DNA from: Octopus sinensis
Lineage: Eukaryota
Reading direction: 5' to 3'
Length of the DNA: 64,000 nucleotides
Assembly: GCF_006345805.1 (NCBI RefSeq)
Contig: NC_043009.1
Location: 55,552,001-55,616,000, forward strand
Below, piece after piece: positions 52,231-64,000 of the stretch. The notes under the pieces were generated by a model. That model was given only the letters and a program-made list of their open reading frames with translations. It was not told the DNA's origin and made no database searches. Positions within the stretch are counted from its first letter, which is position 1. Each line of letters begins with the position of its first letter. A program made the position numbers and the translations under genes.

Positions 52231-54798
52231 ATTATATTTTGTGAAATTTGATTTAGTATTTCTAAATTGAATTTTTCCCTGTAAGTTTGGAATAATATTC
52301 CCTCATTATTATTATTAAATATATATATATATAAATTGATAAAAGGTGGGTTTTTTCTAATATATATATATATGTATTATTCATATATGCTCTTGACAAT
52401 GGTCCCCCAACTGACTGCAATCCAGTGACTAAAATCAGTAAAAGATTAAAAGAATAAAAATAAATAAATATATATAAAATTAGCTGATAATGGTTGCAAC
52501 TTCAGCAAAGCATAGTTTAAAAATTTTTTTTTATAGAAATCAGCAAAAGACAGATGGGAAGCTGTAAGCTCTTTAACATTAATAGAATCATTGAAATATG
52601 TTTAGTTTTTTTTGATTTTGAGACACATGAAATGGGAACAAGAGATAAACAAAAAGCAAGAGTGAGATATTAAAGACTTGGTTTAAATTTCCAAATATTT
52701 TGATGTTGCCTATGAAAACTACACAAGAAATATGACCCAACCTGTATGTGGGTTGTCTGACCAGCTCAACTTAATAGCCAAATCTCTTTCAAATCATACA
52801 TACTTAAAAAACAATTTAAAGGGCAGATTTAATGTGAAGTCCTTAATAAAATAGGATGGTCATAGATAGAATACTTTTGATGATAGAACAACTATGAAGA
52901 CTGGCCTGAACCAACAACTACAAACAACCACCAATACACAAAATACTTAGTGAGAGAAAGTGTGTCTGTGTGTGTGTGTGTTGTATTAAAAATATGCCAA
53001 CTGCTTTAGTTTTATCTTTCCTATTTTAGTATTTTTTAACACATTTTTCTGAATTCTAGACTTTGTTTGGAACAGGGAAGTTTTAGTGGTAAACAAACCT
53101 AAGCATTCATTGTACATAACTATTAACATACATCAATCAATGTATTCTACTTGCATTTCTTCCCTCCCTCTCCCATACATACATATATATAAATACATAT
53201 ATATACATACATACACACACATATATATATATATATATATACATACACACACATATATATATATATATATACACATACATACATATATACATACATATAT
53301 ATAGACATATATAAATACATATATATGCATACATATATAGATATATATGCATACATATACATAATAATATAAATAATATAAATCAATAAACATACATATG
53401 TTCCACATTCAATGTTACAGTTTTTCAACTTAATATTACTTAATAGTACTACACCTGTAACAACAAATATTAATCTAATGGATGATACTGTTATCTGCAA
53501 TAGTAATCCTATTGATAAGAATATCACCAATAATATTAAGCATAAACTCTCATTAAATTTAGGATTAGGTAGTGAAAATAGGTGTAATACTATTAATAGG
53601 AATAGGGATACAGGGATTTTTGCCAAGGTTAAATTTCCTCAATCTGTTAATAGGATAATTTTGTAAATGTCTCATTTATAACTACATATTGACCTACCAC
53701 ACATGGCTAATATAAGTAAAATGAGACATACTTATCTGCATGGCCGAAACAGCTGTAAGATGTAGTTTATATTTATATTTATTTATATTCTCTTATACAT
53801 ATTGTACTTATTGTATCATATTACTCCTTTATGTACACTGTTTTGTTCTATATTATTATGTTTGACCTTAAAGTTTCTTATGTAGTGGTTTAATAAATTA
53901 TGTGATTGGGTATTATCTGGTAGTTGATATTTGATTTGGATGTATTTCTCCATTTTCTTATTTTGTATTATGAATTTGTGGTAAAACATTTTACCTTTGC
54001 CCATATAATACAGTAAATGAATTAATTGCATCGCAATTCTTAACATTTATGTATTAACTTTGTTGGGTACTTCACTAGCAGTATATTGGATATATGTTAT
54101 CCCATGGAGGGTTGCATTTAAAACCCCTATCTCAATTTGTGTATATATATTAGACCAGGTGTTCAGTGATCAGAAGAGCATTCAGCAGTAAAACAATACC
54201 TCCATAATATATTCATCTAACTCATGCTAGTATGAAAAAAATTAATATAAAAAGGATGGAATAAATGTCGTGTTCCACTTTTATTTTGAATAGCATAACT
54301 TAGCATTTTGATAATAAAGATTAATAAAATAAGCACAAAAGTCAAATAACTTTGGCAGAAGACACTTGCTATAGTAAAACTACATAGTTGGGAAGCAAGC
54401 TACTTAATCACACTGTCATGCTTGCACCTATACATATATATATAAAAAGGGGTAGAGATCCCCTTCGGTCATGAATGGCCATATGATTGCATCTAGAAAG
54501 TTACCCTCCGAGGCACAAGTCTGGGCAAGGCTGATTATGGAAGACCAACAGTCACTTATGCATACCAGTCTCCCCTCTCCATGCCATCGATGCTGGCAAA
54601 GGTAAAAGCCAATACAGCTTGGCACCAGTAATGTTGCAACTCATTTCTACAGCTGAGTGAACCAGAGCAATGTGAAATAAAGTGTCCTGCTCAAGAACAC
54701 AATTCACAACCTGATCCAGAAATCGGAGCCCGACACTCTAATCACTGAGCCATGCATATATTACAGGTCATAGAAAAAACAGCTTTGTCATCAAGTTA

Positions 54799-55197
54799 TA
54801 CTCTTTTACTTGTTTCAGTCATTTGACTGCGGCCATGCTGGAGCACCGCCTTTAGTCGAGCAAATCGACCCCGGGACTTATTCTTTGTAAGCCTAGTACT
54901 TATTCTATCGGCCTTTTTTGTCGAACCACTAAGTTACGGGGACGTAAACATAACACCAACGGTTGTCAAGTGATATTGGGGGGACATACACAGACACACA
55001 AACACAGACACATATATATATACATATACATATATACGACGGGCTTCTTTCAGTTTCCGTCTACCAAATCCACTCAAAGCTTTGGTCGGCCCGAGGCTAT
55101 AGTAGAAGACACTTGCCCAAGATGCCACGCAGTGGGACTGAACCCGGAACCATGTGGTTGATTAGCAAGCTACTTACCACACAGCTACTCCTGCGCC
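54799..55197 (-). mobile_element. tRNA-head SINE family A, full length
   Basis: Reverse complement colinear with 16195-16605. Confidence 0.92.
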
Positions 55198-55458
55198 TAT
55201 GTTATAGTTGCACAATGTACAACAAATTTCACTCAACTGTTTATTCAGTAAAAGCACAACTTCTGCTTGTGTGTATTACTATTATTGCTCAACAACGATG
55301 TCTAAGCTATATGTAAGAAAGTATTTATATCTAAATTGTATGTTACTTCGTGTAAGATGGTCTATTATTAAAAGTAAACATAGGAACATCTACATGACAT
55401 CTTGACCTAGAAATAAAAACCAAGTCTCCTTCATGTCACAACTTAATATACTGCCTTC

Positions 55459-55497
<39 letters not shown>

Positions 55498-58400
55498 GCA
55501 TATAATGCCTGAAAGTAAGATAGATGATCAAGGATAAGCTTGACAATAAGAACAACTGTGGCTGTCTCTCTTCTGAGATGTGTAACATTTTAGAAAATAC
55601 ATCTGAATAGAACATTTTTCAAATGTTATGGTTTTATGCTCTAGTAAAATCATTTCCAGCAGCTATAAAGGTCATAACAGAGAGAGAGAGAGAAGATAGA
55701 GAGAAGAAAGTGAGAGAGAGAGAGAGAGGATGTAGAGAAACACAAAAAAGAAAGAAAAAGATGGTGTGAGAGAGACAGAGAGAAGAGAGATGAGATGCAA
55801 ACTAGTAAGTTACTTAGATACTATTTATTTTCCAATCGCCTTCAAAATTTGAATAAATGAAATTTGTCGAAGAATAATACAAGACTTGGAAACATGCAAT
55901 GGCATTAGGAGAACACTACTACGGACAAAACTTTAATATTAAGATGGAAGAATGAGAAAGGAATCAAGACGAAAAGAAATCAATGATAATGTTACATAGG
56001 TTTTGCTTAACCGCGTTACTACTGTAGACAAGTCATACAAATCACAGGTTACTCTGCCATATCTGAGTGGTGTTCTGATGTGTTACTATTTACCTTTTAC
56101 TTGTTTACAGTCGTTGGACTGTGGCCATGCTGCAGTACCACCTTGAAGGATTTAGTCAGACAAAAATTTCTTTTTTTTTTAAGTTCAATACTTATTCTAT
56201 TGGTCTCCTTCACCAAACTCAATGACAGGGATCTAAACAAACCAGCACTGGTTGTTAAGCTGTGAGGGGACAAACACAAAGGGTCACATACAGATGCACA
56301 TGCAACGGGCTTTTTACATAGTTTCCATTTACCAAATTTACTTGCAAGGTATTGGTCAACCCGAGGCTATAGTAGAAGACACTTGTCCAAGATGCTGTGC
56401 AGAGGGATTGAACCTGAAACCACTTTGGTTGCAGAGTAAGCATCTTAACCATACAGTCATGCCTTCACTTTGATCATAAACCTATTCAATAATGACTGGA
56501 CTAGAACTAGACAACAACTTCACTTGCTTCAGGTTATCTAACTAAAACAAATAAACAAAGGAAACCCACTTCTTTAATAAACATTAATCCATAACCTACA
56601 AACATAGTCAAACAGATAAGAAGTCACCTTGCTCAAATAAACTAACATCATATACATCACTAGTTCTTATTTTACTGAACCCTAGGAGTGAAACACAAAG
56701 TACAGGAGCAGGATCTCCAGACAAATTTTGCTACCAGATGATCTTTTGTTTATCTTTTGTATATAAGATGTTTCAGCTGCTTTCTGAAGTTGACAGAATT
56801 TGGGTTTAATATTTGATATTGATCTTAGCCATAAGGCTGTAGTTTTGATTTTGTATCTACTTCATCCACAGAATCACGTGACCACTGAAAGTACATTGCT
56901 ACTCTAGCTTCAGCTACAGAGTGAGTATGGATGTATGTATGTATGTATGTATGAATGAATGAATTAATTAATTATAACTTTTCCAAGAAGAGGACTGTGA
57001 CAGCCTTCAAGCTTTCATCAGACTGTCCGACAAAGGCTATCAAGATGAAACGGAGTCACTGTCATCACTTTGCTTATAAAAGTTGAACATGTACTCTACA
57101 AAAAGTATTGAGTAACCCTTCAGTTTAATGTTAAATTTGTATTATTATAACTCGACATAAAAACAAATAGTATACGTATGTCAATATACATTTCTATATT
57201 TGTATGCATGTTTGTATTTAAGTATGTATTATGTATGCATGCAGCACTAATTTTACAGTTGAATGGCTAGCATGTAAAAAGATCACCTGCTAATGACAAA
57301 GTAACATATATTTCAATACAAATGTATAAATCTAAAGAATCACTTAGTTGTATACAGGTCAATGAGTATAACAAACTATTTCTAGACATTGTGTATAATA
57401 TATTAAAGCTATGATACATCGCAACATAGTGCAGTGCTCCAGAAAGAAAAAAACTATAGATTCTACAGAAATCTTTGCAAAGGAAATGGAAGTAGGTTCA
57501 AGACATTTTGTAGCTTATGCCAATAAAAAAAAAATAAACAAAAATAAACTAAGGAATAAAAAAATGTTTCCCAAAACAAGTTGTATTAAAGAAATATCTT
57601 ATGGTTCCTAGAAACTAAAATTTGTCATGAAATCTCAAGAAATTTTAGAAGTTAAAATATTTGTTGAACATTAAATTCTGTTAAATCATTCCAGAATGTT
57701 TTGATTTTTGTGTGTTGAAGATGAGTGAAAAAGCAGAATCATTAAAATTATGAGCTATTTGAAAATAATTCCTCTGAAACAGTGAATTATTATATTCATT
57801 ATAATCGTTATCATTTAATGACCATGTTCTATATTGACATAGGTTGGACTGTTTGACAGGATCTGATGGACCCAAAGACTGCATTATGTTCCAGTATCTA
57901 CTTTGGCATGGTCTCAATGGCTGGACGCCTTTCTTAAAGTCAATCACTTTACAGCATATATTCGGTGCTTTTTTTTTTTGTGTGTGCTTCCAGCACTAGT
58001 GAAGCCACCATGCAGCTTACCAGACTACAAACCCCATGGGAAGGTTAAATTTATGCTAGGAGATGAAGACTAAAGAAGAGTAAAGTATGGGAGAAAAGGA
58101 CCAGAGTAGAATAGGTTTCTTACTGTAAAGGAACTACATGACATTTTAGAAGAGATGGTGGGTGTGGAACTGGGAAGGGATAAAGATATAGTAGTGATGA
58201 GGTGTGAAGGTGGATCTCTTAAAATATTAATTTTGAAAAGAAATGACAAGTGGATAAGATACTAAGACCTCAAGAGTAATTTTTAGATAGACATTGATGA
58301 TTCTGCTGCTAATATGATTGACATTTGTGTCTGGCAGAGATGCACTTTTGTCATGGATGAAAGCTTATCCCTTTGGAGACTGCTGGAAATAACAAATTAA

Positions 58401-59742
58401 AAGAAATATATACCTTGACAGGTACTCTAACGGCAAAGACGACAGGTAAGGTACATTCATAGAGTGGTGACATGATATTATCACTAAATAGAAGAAAGAT
58501 ACTATTGTGTAATAGTGCAATAGTATTGCTATTTATTGGAGGCAAAGGTACTCCCAGAATAGAGGGAAGAAACTTTTTGAAACTGTGACACTGAAATGTA
58601 GAAAATGCACAAAATATATTTCAAGAAATGCTATAAGAGTGAAAATATGGAGACTGTTGGGTAAATAAATTGTAAAGCTTACTGAACATAAATGAAGTGT
58701 AGCGGGTAAATAAATGGTTAAGTTGAACAAAGGTGGGAGTCACTATCTGGGTTGAACTATGGGTAAAATGATTGGATTGAACTGAGACTAAATAGCTGTG
58801 TTGAATTATGAGAAGGCTGAAGTAAATGGCTATGCTCTACAGTAGGAGTAGACGGTTGGATGATGAAGATGAATTGTAGAGGAGAATGACTGAGGATGAA
58901 GAAGTGACAAAGGTTAATTAGGAAGTAGATCAAGCTAAAATAAGAAATTTTAAGAGTAAGGGTAAACAAGGAATGAAATGTTGGTTGGTTGACGGGTTGG
59001 TGTGTTATAAAAAATATATAAGCAAGGAAATGGTCAAATGTTGCAGAGAATTTTGTCAAAAGTTCAGTATACTTCTTTTACTTGTTTGAAGAAATGATCA
59101 AATGAATTGGGGAGAAAAAAATGTTTGAGCGAAAAAAAAAGATGAGACATGAAAAAATACACCATGCAATGATAAAGCAATTTGATGACGTCAGGGAAAT
59201 TTATGTCATGAAACTTTAAATCAAAATATTAAAAAAAAACACTTTTTTTTAATTAGTAACATGTCAGCTCATATTACTAATAGTTTTAAAAGCACTCTTT
59301 GAGTTCAACGTCTTTGAATTCATTATCATTAGATTTTGCTGGCTTGTACAACTGCTGTACTCAATGATCTATTTTGTACATACATATATAGCACACAAAA
59401 CATGGTGTAGAGTCTATTCATATATTTGTCCAACCTGAGGTCTTGGGCATTACTTGGGTTTCACATTAGCAATCTTACAAATTGCAGATATAAATACCAC
59501 AGTACGTAAAACTTAAGTATTGACCAAAACCTCAGAATAATATGTAATTATTTTTATTGTTTTAGGTTTTTAATTTTTAATTTGTTTAAAACATGACCTC
59601 TGACATAAGGTGTCAATGTCTCTGAACCATTACCATAACCCAATGCTTATGAAGCAGTAAGAAATTAAAGAAGATTTTGGTGTAGCCAAACCAAGATAAG
59701 AGAGTTCCTTGTTTATCAGGTGACAAAAGGAGGATGACCTAC

Positions 59743-59826
59743 CTGGCCAATGGTAGGAATCCCATTACGGATAAGATCCTTGATCCTCTTACGGTAAGGG
59801 ATTGATGGTAACACTTCATCCGACAT
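59743..59826 (-). CDS. Candidate first coding exon MSDEVLPSIPYRKRIKDLIRNGIPTIGQ (gene assignment uncertain)
   Basis: GC-richer island with ATG, 28 open codons and a phase-0 donor CAG|gtaggt. No family motif recognised. Confidence 0.35.
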
Positions 59827-62800
59827 CAGTAAACATGGTAACAATGTAGATAAACGATCAAATAAATTCAAATTTGGTTGGATTTTTGAGAAAATAATTT
59901 AAGAACAGTAATGATTTAGTTATTTTTTTGAGAGTGTAAAGTTTGGAGTGAAGAATTTGATTGATTTTTTTTTTTTGATTTTTATATATTGAAAATTGAG
60001 AGAGATAAATATTGGCTGAAAAAAATATTGAATCAGTAACATTTTTGTTTTTTTAAATATGCTTTTAAGGAAGAAATAAATATATACATTACAGCATGGA
60101 ATACACGTTAGCCATTCAAAAATGCTTTACAAAAGCTGTTAACTTTACATAAACATTTACTACTTGTTGTCAGAACATTGCACCAAATGATGAATGTTTA
60201 AGTTAACTGCTCAGTTTTTTGTGTTTTTGAATGACTAAAATATGTCTTCCATGGTGTAATTGTTTTAGTTTCAACACAGTCTCAGACCAAGTCACTTGCT
60301 AGGCAAGTATACTCCTGAAAAAAGTAAATAAGTATATATTATAGCGTAAAAAAAAATCTTACAGGGAGGGTGGGTAAGGAGAAATTTAACTAAAGAAAAT
60401 GAAGGTATTGAATTAGAAATATATTGATTATAAATAAAAATTCTAAAACTAACTAGAAAATTAAAAGCCTCTAAGAAGTTTCACTCATTAATCTATGTCA
60501 TTTATTCTATTGTTATACTACAATAATTATTGTAGTTTGTTTTCCTCCCTTTGCAGACAGTGTCATCTCACTACTCATCTCACACTCATCTATCCTTCTC
60601 CTCCCACTCCTCTATTTCTGTCAATTAGGTCCCATAAAATATTTTTCTTTTATCTTTCTTCTCCACAGTGGTTGTAGTATATAATTGCTGCTTTGCCTAT
60701 ATTTTTCCACTCTTCACTAATACTGCCTCTGTCCTCTGAGTCTATGAGTAAAAAAAGTCAAAAAGGTCTATGCCTACTGCCATTCCAAATTAGACCAATT
60801 ATTAAACAAAAAAAGTTGAAATTCAATCTGTGAAATAATTCTGATAGTAAAAGGTAGATATTAAAACTCAGATGACACAGGATAATATAGAATTCTTCAT
60901 CTTCATATAGTAGTAGTAGTAGTTTAACTCTTGCTACCAACTTGTCTGTGAATGTCCCTGGTCCTATGATACAGACTTATTTATTATTTTAAAGTGAGGC
61001 AAGTTAAAACATCCTGCTAAAATTCTAAGTTATGTTCCAAACACTAACTTTATAATGACCAAGTTATTTTGACTAAATTCTTCATTATTTTCAAAATTAA
61101 TTGAAATAAACAGGAAATATAGCAACGCAGGGGATTAAAGTGTGGATACATTTATCTTCTCAAGGTCCACAGGAGGATTTCAGCTCAGTGCTGTAAGCTA
61201 ATGGAACATTTAATAGTTAAATATGATTCATACACTGCTTTCAATAAGTAGTAAAGTGTATTTCACTATAGTTACTATTTACAGCTATGTAGACAAAGTT
61301 AGTAGAGTTAAGTGCCATTGGCAGTGATATAGTGCAGGTACAAGTGGTGGATGGTGGAATAGAAAGTGCTGGTGCTTTAGTTAGTAGCCAGCACATTATC
61401 AACCTAACAAGCTCTGATAATCACTTTAACTCGGACACTGAGTAGTTGTAGTAAAACACTTTAATCTTACATGTGGTCAAAGTGTTCTCAGTGCACATCA
61501 AGAATCCATCACAGTTCCACCATGCCGGTCTATGCCAACATTCAAGCAGTAACAGAGGATATTAGTAAACTAATGACTATTAATGTTAGTACACTACTGA
61601 TTAGCTTCTAATATGATTGTGTTCTAATTAAAGCAGCATATCACATTTATTTTACTCAATTTCTTTGCACTTTATTTGTTAAAATATTCAAGCAACAACA
61701 AAATCTTTTTGCTGACAAGACAACAATATCAGGAACAACATGCTTTTACAAATTTAGTCATCATTACAAAGAATACAACTATGAAGTAGTGAGGTAATAT
61801 TTCAATAGAAATCAACTAAACCTTTGGTTACCACACATATTTCTATAAAATACATACACTAAATTTGCCATGTTTACAAATGTTTACAAATTCAGTATAT
61901 TTTTCTTTTGCTTCTCTTATTACTTTTTCTTCATCTGAAACACTAAATTCTGTTCTGTTCCTTCCATTTGCAAATCTCTATTTCCTTTGTAAACTTCTTC
62001 CATTATTATTTTTTTCGCTTTGTATTTTTTGCACCTTTTTCAGTTATGTTTTACTTGTTGGACACTATGTGTTATTTGTTTGTTTGTTTCATCTTTCCTT
62101 CACAACTTTGTTATATTTGCATGATTTTCACACACAGCAAAAAAAAAAAAAAAATAAAGATTGTTGATACAAAAGAACCTTTGAAAACCACTGAAAGCTG
62201 AAGTTGAACAGAAATTGGATTTTTCCTTAATGTAATTGCAAGACCTATAAATAGCACAAATAACCAGTTTACTGTTCTGCCATTTGTCTTTTATCATGTA
62301 TCTTCATCCTGCTAGATTTGACCTATTCTTTATCTCATACACATAACATAACTAACGCAACAAATAAACCCATTATAAAAACTATTACATTATTTCCTCT
62401 GGAGGTTACTGTGTGTTCTGTTAGATGGCGAAGCAACAGTAAAAGTGTGATGATAATGGCAAACAACCTCCAATATAACTTAATCTATATGTCCTTCATA
62501 AAATAGTAAATATCAAAGTTCATGTCTCAATAACACTACGGAATAAGCTAAACTGAAATTTCTAATTAAAGAACATAATTTAGATTTTATATTAATCCTG
62601 CAATTTTTCTGAATGTTAATTGCAAACATTGTCGTTTTTATAACCATTATCATCATCATTTAATCCCTATGTCCCATGCTGTCATGGGCTTGACTGCTTG
62701 ACAGGACCTAATGGTCCCAAAACCTGCATTGTGCTTCAGTGTCTGCTTTGGCGTGGTTTCTATGGCCAGATGCCCTTTCTAATACCAACCACTTACATAT

Positions 62801-63404
62801 ATTGGATGCTTTTTTCCATGCCACCAACACTATGGATACCACCACACAATCTGCATGACTACGAACCTCAAAGCAGTAACTTTATGCCAGAAGATGAGGG
62901 GTGAAATATATTTTCTTTTTCTTCTTTTTTTTGTCTTATGAAATCTTTCTGAGAAAACAATGAACCATTGAGTGTTGCGTATGTTTCTTGCAACGACCAA
63001 AACAACTCTTTAAAAATTGCCTGACTTTGATGTTTTAAAATACTGAAATTATATTTTAGATTATGTTTTACCTTTAGAAGAATCTTGTTCATTAGATCAT
63101 GTGGCGATGGACATGGGGCATTGTCATCATGAATGTAAAGATTATCTGTTTGACAGCAGTTAAAGAATTATTATCATTATGATATATAGAAAGAGAAATT
63201 AACAAACTGGATAAGCAAAAAAGTAATTAAATCAAAAGTAAGAAAAAGAATTCTAAAACTGTAATGGCCTGAGATTCTTTATTGTTGGGACACCACTAAA
63301 AGTTTCATCTTCATGTAATGATTACCGAAAAAAAAAAGGACAATGGAATGGTTTCTTCTTGTCACAATTTAGCACAATAAGCAAAAATAAGACTTATTAA
63401 TTGT

Positions 63405-63820
63405 ATATTTTCCTGCAATTCATCAGACACCTACCATATTCTGAGCGCCTTGTTTCCCTGGGCATGGATTCACTGAAGCTCCGGCGTCTGGCGACGGACT
63501 TGGTAAACACCCACAAGGTTATCAACCACCTCACCAACAACAACACTGAACACCTTTTTGATTTCCATGTGTCTAACACACGTGGACATGCCTACAAAGT
63601 CAGAAAACAGCACAGCTCCCATGACTTTCGGAAAGATTTTTTCACGCTCAGGGTTGCTGAAGCGTGGAATAAACTGCCTGCATCAGTTGTTGACTGCCAT
63701 GACACTGCATCCTTTAAGGCCCTCATGCTTCCCGAAATCCGTCGAAACTACACCTGATTATATATACACTTTAGATGAGTTGTAGTGCACCTGAGCACTG
63801 TACACAATTATTATTATTAT
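63405..63820 (+). mobile_element. CR1-type LINE 3' fragment with (TTA)n tail
   Basis: LPYSERLVSLGMDSLKLRRLATDL...TRGHAYKV...FFTLRVAEAWNKLP. Confidence 0.93.
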
Positions 63821-64000
63821 TTAAAAATTACACTTCATGCTGTACTGAACATCAAACTAGTTTTTTGATAGTTCAAGTAGCATATTAGTTTTTTTATGAG
63901 CAGGGGTTGCTTGCTCCTACTTTCAATGAGGACTTGTTATCTACATAGTTCCTGTTTGAAGTTAGCTGGGCTGGACCTTTCTCATAGAATCAAGAACCAG

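Noticed and set aside
53400-53640. Mitochondrial insertion suggested by the hydrophobic minus-strand frame
   Set aside because: No recognisable ND/COX/CYTB motif.
57681-57800. RNYFQIAHNFNDSAFSLIF after a tttcag acceptor, resembling a PLC PH-domain strand
   Set aside because: It hits a stop before any donor, and the other two frames close sooner.

Overview
Eukaryotic, AT-rich, repeat-dense genomic DNA. The tRNA-head SINE families, (CATA)n/(TA)n/(AAT)n tracts and LINE content suggest an octopus or other coleoid cephalopod (inference). The one well-supported host gene is a phospholipase C delta on the minus strand. I could chain seven in-phase GT-AG exons by hand from 35247 down to the stop at 25948, covering the end of the X box, the acidic X-Y linker, the Y box and the C2 domain. 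I could not find its PH, EF-hand or X-box exons in the 28.7 kb upstream. The rest is transposon debris: RTE, CR1, Tx1/L1 and RLE-type (R4/Dong-like) LINE ends, mariner/Tc1/Tigger derivatives, piggyBac-type MITEs, a Helitron 3' end with intact hairpin+CTAG, and several SINE families. Signals absent from the ORF track are a decayed ubiquitin-specific protease (peptidase C19) reading frame in a very AT-rich block near the Helitron, three degenerate type-I hammerhead ribozyme motifs of the Penelope type, and a chain of elements separated by (AAT)n. Most long ORFs in the supplied track are microsatellite artefacts. All alignments were done by eye; repeat boundaries are approximate unless a TSD, TIR or splice site is quoted.
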